NCBI GenBank assembly: GCA_963663275.1 | Contig: OY760183.1 | Location: 384,001 to 448,000 of the forward strand | Length of the DNA stretch: 64,000 nucleotides | Reading direction: 5' to 3' | Source of the DNA: Chloroflexota bacterium | Lineage (GTDB): Bacteria > Chloroflexota > UBA11872 > VXOZ01 | Shown here: positions 40,886 to 50,292 of the stretch, piece after piece | Position numbering within the stretch: position 1 is the stretch's first letter | Layout: each line of letters opens with the position of its first letter | The notes under the pieces: generated by a model | The model's database searches: none | Told to the model about the DNA's origin: nothing | The model's input: only the letters and a program-made list of their open reading frames with translations | Translations under genes and position numbers: made by a program

Positions 40886-42388
40886 TCAGGCACTAACCCA
40901 GACTGGCGTCGTCCAGGCGCACTGGCCGTTGCGGGCGGCCAGGCGGACGTAATAGTAGTCCGTGGGCCGTTCCGGTTCGGTATCCACCACGGCAGCGCCA
41001 AACGTGTAGTCTTGCGCGGGCACGGCGCGGTGGATGCGCACGGCCGGGCTGCGGAAGCCATCGGTATGGTGGGCGCGGGTGGCGGTCAGCAGGTCGGCCA
41101 AGGTGTGTTCCGCCGTGTAGCCGTTGGCGGTCAGCGTCAAGGTCGCCCCCACCGGCATCTCCACGTGGAGGACAAGACCCTGGGTGGTAGGGTGGCGGGT
41201 GGTCACGTTGCCGCGAGTTACCGAACGCCACGCCGCGTGTTGCGCCGACTGTTCCTCCACGGCGTGGGGGATGGTCTCGGCCACGCCTTCCACCTGCTCG
41301 TGGCGCAACACCGGATCGCCGCGGAAGCACGTTTCGCAATCCAGGATTTCACCGTCGTTCACCCGCGCCGCCATCTCCCAGTGCGCGTCCTGGTCTACCG
41401 CCGACCAGCCCCACTCCAGGCGCACCTTGGCCCGCAGGCGGCGGCTCTCGTCCGGCAGGGTGTAGCTGGGCAACGGCGCCCAGCGCCGCCAGACCCGGCT
41501 GTTCTTGATAACCTCGATCGTATCCCAGAAGTCGGCACCCTCCGCGCTGACGCTGATTTGCCGCTTGCTGCCCTGGGTCTCGCCGCCCAGCATAGCCTCG
41601 TTCACGTGGAACCCCAGCGCCATCTTGTCGCCGGTCACCGCGTAGGTGCGGCGGTTCCAGAGGGCGTCCCAGACGGCGTCCCGCGAAAGTTCAGCGGCGT
41701 AGACCGCCAGCCGGCCGTCGCCGTAAGATCCCGGATAGCCGGAGTGCTGGTCGGTGGAGGCCACGATGCCGAAGCGATGACCCCGCTCCAGCCCCGCCTG
41801 GATGGTGCTGTCGTGGTCGCGGGGGCCCATGGTGTTCAGCATGGGATAGGGCGCTTCGTCGCTCTCCGAACAGCCGTGCATCGAATAGGTCTCGACGATG
41901 GGCGAGTGCGCCGGATCGTAGGCGTCCCAGTTGATGCCGCGCCCGCCCAGCGGATAGCCGATGTGGTGAGGTTCCAGGATGAACGGCTGCCCGGTCTCGA
42001 TGAGGCTACTGCGCAGGTCTTCCAAAGTATCGCCGCCCAGCAGCGGCCCGTGCGTGCCCTTGTACAGCACGTGGTGGTCGCCGTAGCCCCGCGAGTGCCA
42101 CTCGTAGCTGAGAAACGGGATAAAGCCCCCGCCGTCGTCGAACGACGCGAACGTCTCCTGCACGGTGTCCCAACCGGCGTGCAGTTTGGCGAAGCCGGCC
42201 TGGTGGTAGTCGATGATCGCGCCGAACTTCTCCCGGTCGGTGGGGATGTCCGGCCAGAAGGCGTGGCCGGTGACGGACGCAAAGTCAAGCTGCTGCCGCG
42301 CCAGCGTCAGCGCCCGCTCCAGGCTGCCGTGCCCGTAGCTGATGCCGCAGTGGTTGTGAATGTCTCCCCAATAGAGTTGGTATTGCAT
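40886..42388 (-). CDS. PHP-like metallohydrolase (DUF3604-like)
   Basis: WGDIHNH, LDFASVTGH, SYEW, ASTDQH. Confidence 0.75.
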   Translation of the reverse strand: MQYQLYWGDIHNHCGISYGHGSLERALTLARQQLDFASVTGHAFWPDIPTDREKFGAIIDYHQAGFAKLHAGWDTVQETFASFDDGGGFIPFLSYEWHSRGYGDHHVLYKGTHGPLLGGDTLEDLRSSLIETGQPFILEPHHIGYPLGGRGINWDAYDPAHSPIVETYSMHGCSESDEAPYPMLNTMGPRDHDSTIQAGLERGHRFGIVASTDQHSGYPGSYGDGRLAVYAAELSRDAVWDALWNRRTYAVTGDKMALGFHVNEAMLGGETQGSKRQISVSAEGADFWDTIEVIKNSRVWRRWAPLPSYTLPDESRRLRAKVRLEWGWSAVDQDAHWEMAARVNDGEILDCETCFRGDPVLRHEQVEGVAETIPHAVEEQSAQHAAWRSVTRGNVTTRHPTTQGLVLHVEMPVGATLTLTANGYTAEHTLADLLTATRAHHTDGFRSPAVRIHRAVPAQDYTFGAAVVDTEPERPTDYYYVRLAARNGQCAWTTPVWVSA

Positions 42389-42440
42389 GAAGGACTCCTC
42401 ATCTCCTTTTGGCGCCCTTACTCGTGCCGCGCTGTCTATG

Positions 42441-42737
42441 AAGACCTTTGCACAACTCCGTCATTCCGGCGCAAGCCGGAATCCAGGCCACTCTTACAAC
42501 TAAACATGGCATGAAGTCAATCCCTTTCACCCCCATCCCAACCTTCCCCCTCGATGGGCTGACAGGGGTAGGCAAGTGTCATTCCGAGCGGAGCGAGGAA
42601 TCTAGAACCGACGTTTTTGCAGCGAAAGCCTTAGATTCCTCTCTCCGCTGCGCTCCGCTCGGAATGACACGTGAAGTCGGATGTAGAATGCCTACCCCTG
42701 TCAGCCCTCGATGGGGAAGGGGTTATGCAAAGGTCTC
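42441..42737. mobile_element. GAGACCTTTGCA-ended (IS5/IS1106-like) MITE carrying a nested CTGACAGG MITE
   Basis: Ends aagacctttgcacaac / gttatgcaaaggtctc; an empty version lies at 58163-58302. Confidence 0.8.
42559..42704 (+). mobile_element. 146-bp CTGACAGG MITE with 11-bp TSD CCCTCGATGGG
   Basis: Duplication at 42548-42558 and 42705-42715. Confidence 0.9.
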
Positions 42738-42779
42738 CTATAGGTTTGGATTTTCGCGGACCGGAGCGGCTGATGGCAT

Positions 42780-43331
42780 TTAGTCCAGCTTAGCCAAGTT
42801 GTTTTCCGGTACCCGGCGCAGCGCGGCGGGGATACGCCCGCTCAGCCGGTTTTGGGCAAGGTACAGCCGTTTCAGATTAGCGAGGTTGCCCAACGCGCTC
42901 GGTATCTCGCCACTCAACCGGTTGTCGTAGAGGACCAATCGTTCCAGGTCCTTGAGATTGGCTAATTCTGGCGGTATCGCTCCGGTCAGTTGGTTCTGAA
43001 AGAGGACCAGGTGTTTCAAGCCGGTGAGTTTGCCCAGTTCCGGCGGAATTTCCCCGGTCAACCGGTTCTGCGACAGGTACAACTCTTTCAGGTGCGCAAG
43101 GTCTCCCAATGCCGGCGGCATCTCCCCACGCAACCGGTTGTCATTCAGATGCACGTGCGTGACGCGGCCGTGCTCGTCGGTGGTGACGCCGGGCCACCTG
43201 CCGATGGGCGCGTCGGTGAGCCAATTGCGGTTCGACTTCCAATTCGCGCCATCCGCGGCGGTGTAGAGGGCAACCAGCGCGGCCCGCTCCGCGGGACGTT
43301 CGTTACGGTTTGTCGGCGCCGGCCTGGCCAC
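42780..43331 (-). CDS. Leucine-rich repeat protein (plant-type LRRs)
   Basis: ERAALVALY...W cap followed by LxxNxLxGxIPxxLGxL repeats. Confidence 0.88.
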   Translation of the reverse strand: MARPAPTNRNERPAERAALVALYTAADGANWKSNRNWLTDAPIGRWPGVTTDEHGRVTHVHLNDNRLRGEMPPALGDLAHLKELYLSQNRLTGEIPPELGKLTGLKHLVLFQNQLTGAIPPELANLKDLERLVLYDNRLSGEIPSALGNLANLKRLYLAQNRLSGRIPAALRRVPENNLAKLD

Positions 43332-43475
43332 TCAGGCTTCTTTCCGGGCGAACGCTGCGAACTCGCGCAGGCGGGCACTGTTTCGATAGTGATTCATCGA
43401 GCAACCCAGTTTGGGCACGCCTTGCGGCGGTTGTAGATGCGTTTCCATAGCAGCCAAGAGCGCGCCGTCATCTTC

Positions 43476-43784
43476 TCAACGGTCGAGGTCGATCCAGACG
43501 ATGTCGCGCTCGATGGCGCGGCGAAAGCGTGGCCGCAGCGTATCCAGCATCAACACGTCTACGTGCCGGCCGAATTGCGCCTCCAGGTAGTCGATTACGG
43601 CGAAGTACCCCCGCAACGTCTGGCGCTCCGGCGGCAGGTCGATTACGACGTCCAAGTCGCTGTTGCCGCCCGCCTCATCACGCGCCACCGAGCCGATGAT
43701 GCCAATGGCGGCGACGCCGAGAGCGGCTATGCCCTCCCGGTGTTGCGTGATGGTCCGTATTGCGTCCTCTTTCGTCAACGACAT
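43476..43784 (-). CDS. Minimal nucleotidyltransferase (MNT)
   Basis: GSVARDE...SDLDVV...VDVL. Confidence 0.85.
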   Translation of the reverse strand: MSLTKEDAIRTITQHREGIAALGVAAIGIIGSVARDEAGGNSDLDVVIDLPPERQTLRGYFAVIDYLEAQFGRHVDVLMLDTLRPRFRRAIERDIVWIDLDR

Positions 43785-43952
43785 GGCACAAGTCTAGCAT
43801 ATCCCCGATGCGCCCTCGTTTCGACCCAACTCACTGCGCACGCCGTTTCCCGCAAGCCGCCGCGTACAGGCGCGGGCCGCGCGCCGGAAAGACCCGCGCC
43901 CACGCCGCGCGTGCTACAATTGGCGCGGTACCCGCCGGCAGCGCGCGTCTAA

Positions 43953-44125
43953 GAGCCTGTTTACGATCTTTCTGTCTGCACGAGGAACGTTCGCCCTGAG
44001 CCGCGTCGAAGGGTGAACGGTACCACCGCAAGGTTGCATACAGCCGTTCATGCTTCGACAGGCTCAGCACGAACGGTCTCTATCGGATTTGCTAACTCCC
44101 TCATAAGCAGATAGCAAACAGGTTC
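43953..44125 (+). mobile_element. 173-bp MITE, IS5/IS1031-like, TSD TAA
   Basis: taa|GAGCCTGTTTAC ... GCAAACAGGTTC|taa. Confidence 0.85.
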
Positions 44126-44139
44126 TAAGGAGCAAATCG

Positions 44140-44406
44140 ATGGCGGAGGCAGACAACGGCAACGAGACCCTGGAAGTGTTCAAGAAGGCCGGCTTTACCG
44201 AGCCTCAGGCGCAGGCCCTGGTCGACATGTTGGAAGAATCGCGGCGCCAGACCGTTACCCAGAACGACCTGCAGGCGCTCGAACTGCGCATAGAGCGGCG
44301 GCTGCAACGCCAGACCTCCATGCTCCTCCTCTTGCACCTGGCGCTTGGCGCCCTGGTGATTCTGGTTGGCGTGCTCGTAATCGCTATTCTCGCGTTGATC
44401 CTGTAG
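44140..44406 (+). CDS. DUF1640-like small coiled-coil/TM protein
   Basis: KKAGFTEPQAQAL, VTQNDL, C-terminal TM helix; TAAGGAG RBS. Confidence 0.7.
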   Translation: MAEADNGNETLEVFKKAGFTEPQAQALVDMLEESRRQTVTQNDLQALELRIERRLQRQTSMLLLLHLALGALVILVGVLVIAILALIL

Positions 44407-44491
44407 CCACCCGCCTGTGTGGAGCGGCGCGCCGCCGCCGGGGCATTGGTTCCCCGCCGCCGGTAGTCTTTGCGGCCACGCCCCGCCGGCA

Positions 44492-45625
44492 TCACACCGC
44501 GGCCGGGACCCCGGCGTTCTGAAATATCTCCTCCAGGCGCGCGATCACCGTCGGCACCTCGCTCAGGCGCAACTCGACGGGATCGATGTAGAAGAAGCCC
44601 TCGTCCACGTGGTGCGCGCGGGGGTGGATGGACGGCGTGCCCGCTTTCAGCGCGTCGCACACCGCTGCCGCCGTCGTACCGGCCACGGCCGGATCCACGA
44701 TGATCTTCGCGCGGGACTGCGGATTGCCGGTGATGTCCGGTTCCGCGATGGCCGTGACGCCGGGGACGTCCGCCATCGCTGCCACAACCGGATCGGTCTT
44801 GGCGTCCATGTCCGCAACGTAGGCGTCGCGGTCGAATGTCCGCAGCCACTCCATGGTGGCGATCACGCTCACCACGCCCTCTTTGGTCGGTTTCATGGCG
44901 CGTCCCAGTCCCATGCCCTGGAGCGCGGCGGCGTCTATCAGAGCGCGGCTGCCGGCAATCACGCCGGCCGTAAAGCCGTTCAGGTGCTTCTGGTCGCTGA
45001 AGACCACCGCGTCCGCGCCCTGCTCCAGCAATTCCCGCGCCAGAAACGCCTCCGCCGCGCCGTCCACGATCACCGGCACGCCGTGACGGTGCGCGATTGC
45101 CGCGAACTCCGCGAACGCAAGCTGGTTGTGCTGCACGGTGTGGTGCGAGAGCACGAAAACCGCCGCTGCGGTATTGGCGGTGATGGCCCGCGCCATGTGG
45201 TCGGGCAGGGCGCGGTTCACCTCGCCAAACTCGACCGCCGCCGCGCCGGTCATGCGGATCATCTGCGTAACCGGCGCGCCGAAGTTGACGGCGTGGCCTT
45301 TCTGGATGATCACCTCGTCTTTCATGCCGGTGGTGTCCGGCAGGCTGAGCGCCTGGCCCAGGTCGTCGCCGGCCATCGCGCCGGCGCAGGTCACGGCAAT
45401 GCCGGCCGCGGCGCAGTGGGTCACCGTGCCGGCCTCCGCCCCGGTGGCCTCCGCAATGGCCGCGTCCGCCGCGCGCAGCAACTCCGGCATCTCGACGAAC
45501 TCCGACATGGCCTCCACCACCCGGCCCACAACCTCCGGCGGCACCGCCGCCGCGCCCAGATGCGTCATCTTGCCGCAGGCGTTGATGATCGGCGTCAGTC
45601 CGTAACGTTCGTGGAATTGAGACAT
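44492..45625 (-). CDS. SelA-related PLP-dependent enzyme (DgaE-like)
   Basis: IINACGKMTHLG, IVDGAAE, FSDQK, GLGRAMK. Confidence 0.8.
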   Translation of the reverse strand: MSQFHERYGLTPIINACGKMTHLGAAAVPPEVVGRVVEAMSEFVEMPELLRAADAAIAEATGAEAGTVTHCAAAGIAVTCAGAMAGDDLGQALSLPDTTGMKDEVIIQKGHAVNFGAPVTQMIRMTGAAAVEFGEVNRALPDHMARAITANTAAAVFVLSHHTVQHNQLAFAEFAAIAHRHGVPVIVDGAAEAFLARELLEQGADAVVFSDQKHLNGFTAGVIAGSRALIDAAALQGMGLGRAMKPTKEGVVSVIATMEWLRTFDRDAYVADMDAKTDPVVAAMADVPGVTAIAEPDITGNPQSRAKIIVDPAVAGTTAAAVCDALKAGTPSIHPRAHHVDEGFFYIDPVELRLSEVPTVIARLEEIFQNAGVPAAV

Positions 45626-45994
45626 TCTTCCCTCTCTTCTATCGCCCTCTTCTATCGCAGTCGTGAAATCCCTCCGCCTGCTCGTTGCGCAAGACATCGC
45701 GCGCCGTGGGGCAATTGCCCGCGGCCCCGGCAGGCGTGAAACCGGCGCCGCGCGCCGTTCGTCCGCTTTGCGCCGTGCCCCTGACAGCGTACGGGCCATG
45801 CGCAACCTTACCACCTAGTGTAGGCACGCGCCTACGGCCAGACAACCCCAGTCAGCCTCTCCCTGGGGAGACCTTTGCATAACTACAAACGGCAGGCGAG
45901 AGATCTTCCTCTCCCTGGTGAGAGGGCCCGGGTGAGGGGGCAATGGTTTCGCATCAGAAGGGAGCGATACACAGTAGGATACCCCGCCCGGCTT

Positions 45995-46048
45995 GTCCAG
46001 CGCCGGTGTAGGGGCACGACATGTCGTGCCCCTACACCGGCGCTGGAC
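45995..46048. repeat. 54-bp perfect palindrome around GTAGGGGCACGACATGTCGTGCCCCTAC
   Basis: gtccagcgccggt-core-accggcgctggac. Confidence 0.9.
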
Positions 46049-46099
46049 GCGTTGCAAGACGCGGCAGACCGGCATTAGACCGCATTCAAGCCCTCGCAC

Positions 46100-46128
46100 T
46101 TGACTTTTCGCGCCCAATCATGCACAAT
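46100..46128 (+). promoter_or_regulatory. Putative promoter
   Basis: TTGACT-17 bp-CACAAT. Confidence 0.5.
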
Positions 46129-46174
46129 TCCAGTTTGGTGACGTGTTCAACAGAAATAGAAGAAGGAGATGTGA

Positions 46175-47587
46175 ATGGACACAAGCACCGTGGTAAGCAG
46201 CATCACTCGCCGCCGGATACTTGGTGGCTTTGCCGTCGGAGCCGGGGCCGTGCTTGCCGCAGCGTGCGGCGCTGCCGGCACTGCGGCGCCCGCCGAGGAA
46301 GCGCCCAAGGAAGAGCAGCCGGAGCAGAAGGCCGAGGCCGCGCCCGCCCCGCCCGAAGAGGTTTCGATTCTCTATCTCACCTACACGCGGCCGGCCCGCA
46401 ACGAGGCCGAGCAGGCGCTCTATGGCGGCTTCCAGGAAGCCAACCCCGGCATCACGCTGGACATCAAGATCGTGGATGGCGGCGGCACCGGCGTGCGCCA
46501 GAACATCCCCATTCTCTTTGCCGCCGGCACGCCCGTGGGTCTCTTCGAGAACACCTGGGGCACCTGGCTGCAGTTCGTGGATGGCGATCTGATCGCTCCG
46601 CTGACCCCGCTGATGAGCCGCGACGGCATCGATCCCTACGAGACGTTCATCGCCGAGGGCGTGGACTTCGTCTCCAACCAGGGCGTGACCTGGGGCTTCC
46701 CCGCCAGCATGTCCGTGGACACGTGGGCGTACAACAAGAACATCTTCGATGAGGCTGGCGTGCCGTATCCGCCGTCCGATCCGGCCGACGAGAGTTGGAC
46801 GATGGAAGCCTACATCGACGCCATGGAGAAGCTCACCAAGGGCACCGAGCAGTTCGGTATGCGCCGCGGCTACACCGGCTTCAACACCTTTGGCATCGGT
46901 GACGGCACCTTCTTCGGCGGCCTGGCCTGGGACGCCGAGAACAACAAGGCGACCATGAACAACGATCACTACGTCCAGGGCATCAACTTCTGGATCGACA
47001 TCGTGGACAAGTTCCGCGTGATGCCCACGGGCGAAGAGCATAGCGCCATCGTCGGCGGCAGGAGCGGCCACCCGTTCTTCACCACCGGCGCTTTTGGTAT
47101 CTCCGTTATGTTCGTGGTACCGCCGGAAGCCAAGGAAGCCGCGTTCGACTGGGGCATTGGCGCGCTGGCGTACACCGGCGAGCCGCCGAATCACTCCGGC
47201 CGCCACTACACCCACGCGGTCTTTGCCGGCAACACCGACCACATCGACCAGACGTGGGAAGTGATGAAGTGGTTCCTGGAAGGCGACAACGGCCTCACCT
47301 ACCTCGAGGTGACCGGCCACGTGGTTACGCCGATGCTCCACCTCTTCGACCAAGCCAAGTCGCACTGGGAAGCCAAGTACGACGGCAAGGTGGACGGCAC
47401 CACGTACTTCCTGGAAGCCCAGCACACGCCGCAGTCCGGCCACGGCATGTTGAAGTACTCCAACTTCTACGACATCCGCGACGTGCTGCAGCCGGTCTAC
47501 AACAGCGTGCGCGCACGCGAGGCCTCCATCGAGGAATTCCTGCCTTTCGCAGAGAAGACCATCAACGAGGACCTCAAGGTCGAGTAG
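46175..47587 (+). CDS. Extracellular solute-binding lipoprotein (Tat)
   Basis: TRRRIL, LAAACG, YNKNIFDEAGV, WTME. Confidence 0.88.
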   Translation: MDTSTVVSSITRRRILGGFAVGAGAVLAAACGAAGTAAPAEEAPKEEQPEQKAEAAPAPPEEVSILYLTYTRPARNEAEQALYGGFQEANPGITLDIKIVDGGGTGVRQNIPILFAAGTPVGLFENTWGTWLQFVDGDLIAPLTPLMSRDGIDPYETFIAEGVDFVSNQGVTWGFPASMSVDTWAYNKNIFDEAGVPYPPSDPADESWTMEAYIDAMEKLTKGTEQFGMRRGYTGFNTFGIGDGTFFGGLAWDAENNKATMNNDHYVQGINFWIDIVDKFRVMPTGEEHSAIVGGRSGHPFFTTGAFGISVMFVVPPEAKEAAFDWGIGALAYTGEPPNHSGRHYTHAVFAGNTDHIDQTWEVMKWFLEGDNGLTYLEVTGHVVTPMLHLFDQAKSHWEAKYDGKVDGTTYFLEAQHTPQSGHGMLKYSNFYDIRDVLQPVYNSVRAREASIEEFLPFAEKTINEDLKVE

Positions 47588-47646
47588 CCACGGCTACGGC
47601 TGCCAAACGCTTAGTTTCACGAGCGTTTGGGAGTATGCGACAAAGA

Positions 47647-47680
47647 AGGAGGGTCACCCATGGGGTGACCCTCCTTTGGT
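47647..47680 (+). terminator. Intrinsic terminator
   Basis: aggagggtcacc-catg-gggtgaccctcct followed by a T-rich tail. Confidence 0.75.
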
Positions 47681-47765
47681 TTGTTCTCGATTCAGTCCTG
47701 CTACCCCGCGACGAGCTAATGTCCCATTGGCCCAATGTCAGCCGTGAGCAACGCTGCCTCCCCCC

Positions 47766-47911
47766 CTGACAGGGGTAGGCAAGTGTCATTCCGAGCGGAG
47801 CGAGGAATCTAGAACCGATATTCTTGCAGCGAAAGCCTTAGATTCCTCTCTCCGCTGCGCTCCGCTCGGAATGACAATAGAAGTCGGATGTAGTATGCCT
47901 ACCCCTGTCAG
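47766..47911 (+). mobile_element. 146-bp CTGACAGG MITE within a C-tract
   Basis: Full TIRs; flanked by poly-C. Confidence 0.85.
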
Positions 47912-48166
47912 CCCCCCCCCCCCCATCAATGCGGAAACCGAAAGGTGCTCGGGATAGTTTCTGATTTGCCGGATCAAATAAGGGGCATCGCCATACGCTT
48001 CCATCGCTGCGTTGGCGGCATCGGCGTACGTGGGGTAGAAACCAACCAATTGCCGGTCATGGAACACCACCCACTTACCAAAGTGATTCTCCTCAAGCTC
48101 CTTGCGCATTTCATTGTACGCCGCGATGTTGTCCTCTAAAGAAGCGGCAGGCTGTGCAGCAGCCAC
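47786..48166 (-). CDS. DUF5678-like small protein whose 3' end runs into the MITE
   Basis: LEENHFGKWVVFHD...YLIRQI; last ~40 codons are MITE-derived. Confidence 0.6.
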   Translation of the reverse strand: MAAAQPAASLEDNIAAYNEMRKELEENHFGKWVVFHDRQLVGFYPTYADAANAAMEAYGDAPYLIRQIRNYPEHLSVSALMGGGGLTGVGILHPTSIVIPSGAQRREESKAFAARISVLDSSLRSE

Positions 48167-48508
48167 GATCTCTTCCTTTCGAGTTTACGCCTCTATGTCC
48201 CTTCCGCTAACACAAGCATACCATAGCTTCTGAGTGGCACAGGAGGTTTCCGCAAATCGCCAGGCGTGGTGTCTGTGTGGGATTTGTGTACTCTATTTGT
48301 GTCACTTGGGTGCGCTTCCAGCGTGTTTCGCGCAATGCGGGTTGAACAATTGACCGTCCTGAGCAGGCCAGGGCCGCATGCGAGTCGCGGGCATTTGCGG
48401 TACTCCGCATACGGCGCAGCCGGTATACTAGAGCCAGCGCTTTGCTTCGATAGCGCGAAATGTCGTCACGGCAGGGTATTCGCCGTATGCTTACGTGAAC
48501 GGGATACC

Positions 48509-50224
48509 GTGAACACGAATGCGGACGTGACCCACGAGCCCGACGAGTCCTGTCCCCCAGGGCTGACGCTCGGTGTGGCGTTTCAGGGTGTCCTGCTCTC
48601 CCTGCCGCCCACCGTGCTGACCATGTTGCTCTTCGCGCGCGCCTCGGGCCTGGGTGACGGCTATCTGGCGTGGTCCGTGCTGGCGGCGGTGGCCGTCAGC
48701 GGCTTGACCACAGCCCTCCTGGCGGCGCGTCTCGGTCCGATCGGCGGCGGCAACATCCTCATGGCCGGCGCCGCCCCCAGCTATCTCGCCATCGGACTCC
48801 TGGCGTTGGAGCAGGCGGGCCCGGCCACGCTCGCCACCCTGGTGGTCGTTTCATCGCTGTTCAGATTCGGCCTGGCGGCATCGCTGCCCCGCCTGCGCCG
48901 CGTCATCACGCCGGTGGTCTCCGGCACGGTCATCATGCTGATTGCGGCGAGCGTCTTGCCGCTTACGGTGGGTAAACTGGAGCAGGTGCCGGCCGGCGCG
49001 CCCGCGCTGGCCGGACCGGCCGTAGCCGCCATTACCCTGACGGTTGCCGCGGTACTGGGGCTGCGCGCCTCGGGCGCGCTGCGCCTCTGGACTCCGCTGA
49101 TCGGCATCCTCGTCGGCTGCGCCGCGTCCGCGTTGTTTGGCATCTACGATCCGACGAGCCTTGTGGAAGCGCCGTGGCTCGGCGTGCCGGAGGTATGGCT
49201 GCCGGGATTCGACGTTTCGCCGGGCGCGGAGTTCTGGGCATTGCTCCCGATGTTTCTCATTGTGTCCCTCTCGGGCGCGATCAAGTCGGTGGGTTCCAGC
49301 GTCGTCGTGCAGCAGGTCTCGTGGCGGGAGCCCCGCGTAACCGACTATCGGCGCGTGCAGGGCACCGTCAACGCCAACGGCATCGGCTCGGTGCTGTCCG
49401 GGTTTCTGGGAATCCTGCCCACCGGCACGTACGCCGCCACCACCGTATCGCTCACCAACTTCACCGGCGTGGCCGCCCGCGCGGTCGGCTACACCATCGG
49501 CATCATGCTGGTCGTCCTGGCGCTCCTGCCCAAGCCCATGGCGCTGCTCCTCACGGTGCCGGACCCGGTCACCGGCACCTACATGCTGATGATCATGGGC
49601 CTGCTCTTCGTGGAGGGTCTGCGCACGGTGTCCCAGGACGGTCTCGACCAGCGCAAGGTGCTGATCGTGGCGCTCTCGCTGGCGATCGGCATCGGCCTGC
49701 AGAGCGAAAACGTCATTGCGAAAGTCATTGGCGGCGCATGGGGCCTGGTGCTGGGCAACGGTCTGATCATCGGCGCTATCACCGCGCTCCTGCTGACCGC
49801 GTTCATCGAACTGGTGGCCCCGCGCCGCCGGCGGCTGGAGATTTCGCTGGACATCAGCGCGCTGCCGCGACTCGATGAGTTCCTGGAAAAGTTGGCCGCC
49901 GGCCTGGGCTGGAATGAGTCTTCAGCGAACCGGCTGCGTCTGGTAGGCGAAGAGGCCCTCTCGAGCTTGCTGGGAGACGAGGAGGACGATAGTCCCAGAC
50001 GTTTGATCGTGCTGGCGCGCCCGGGCGCGGGCATGATCGAGCTTGAGTTCATGGCGGTGTTGGCCGAGGAGAACATCGAGGACGCGCTCGCCTACATGAG
50101 CGAGCAGTCGGACGCGCCCGAAGCGGGTGAAATCTCCCTGCGGCTGCTCCAGCACTTCGCCTCCGGCGTGCGCCACCGCAAGTATCAGGGCATCGACATC
50201 GTGACGGTCGAGGTGCCGCGCTAG
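48509..50224 (+). CDS. NCS2 (xanthine/uracil) family permease with an extra C-terminal soluble domain
   Basis: HEPDE N-terminus, ITPVVSGTVI, about 12-14 TM helices, TNFTGVAAR; about 130-aa tail. Confidence 0.82.
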   Translation: MNTNADVTHEPDESCPPGLTLGVAFQGVLLSLPPTVLTMLLFARASGLGDGYLAWSVLAAVAVSGLTTALLAARLGPIGGGNILMAGAAPSYLAIGLLALEQAGPATLATLVVVSSLFRFGLAASLPRLRRVITPVVSGTVIMLIAASVLPLTVGKLEQVPAGAPALAGPAVAAITLTVAAVLGLRASGALRLWTPLIGILVGCAASALFGIYDPTSLVEAPWLGVPEVWLPGFDVSPGAEFWALLPMFLIVSLSGAIKSVGSSVVVQQVSWREPRVTDYRRVQGTVNANGIGSVLSGFLGILPTGTYAATTVSLTNFTGVAARAVGYTIGIMLVVLALLPKPMALLLTVPDPVTGTYMLMIMGLLFVEGLRTVSQDGLDQRKVLIVALSLAIGIGLQSENVIAKVIGGAWGLVLGNGLIIGAITALLLTAFIELVAPRRRRLEISLDISALPRLDEFLEKLAAGLGWNESSANRLRLVGEEALSSLLGDEEDDSPRRLIVLARPGAGMIELEFMAVLAEENIEDALAYMSEQSDAPEAGEISLRLLQHFASGVRHRKYQGIDIVTVEVPR

Positions 50225-50292
50225 CGAACAGCCAGAGGCGCGGCTGCTTCACGCTTCGATGAAGCGGCAAGCGCCCAATACCGGCAGTCCCA

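Noticed and set aside
44492-45625. True selenocysteine synthase selA
   Set aside because: Shorter than SelA, lacks its N-terminal domain, has no selB/selC nearby, and the motifs fit the SelA-related subgroup
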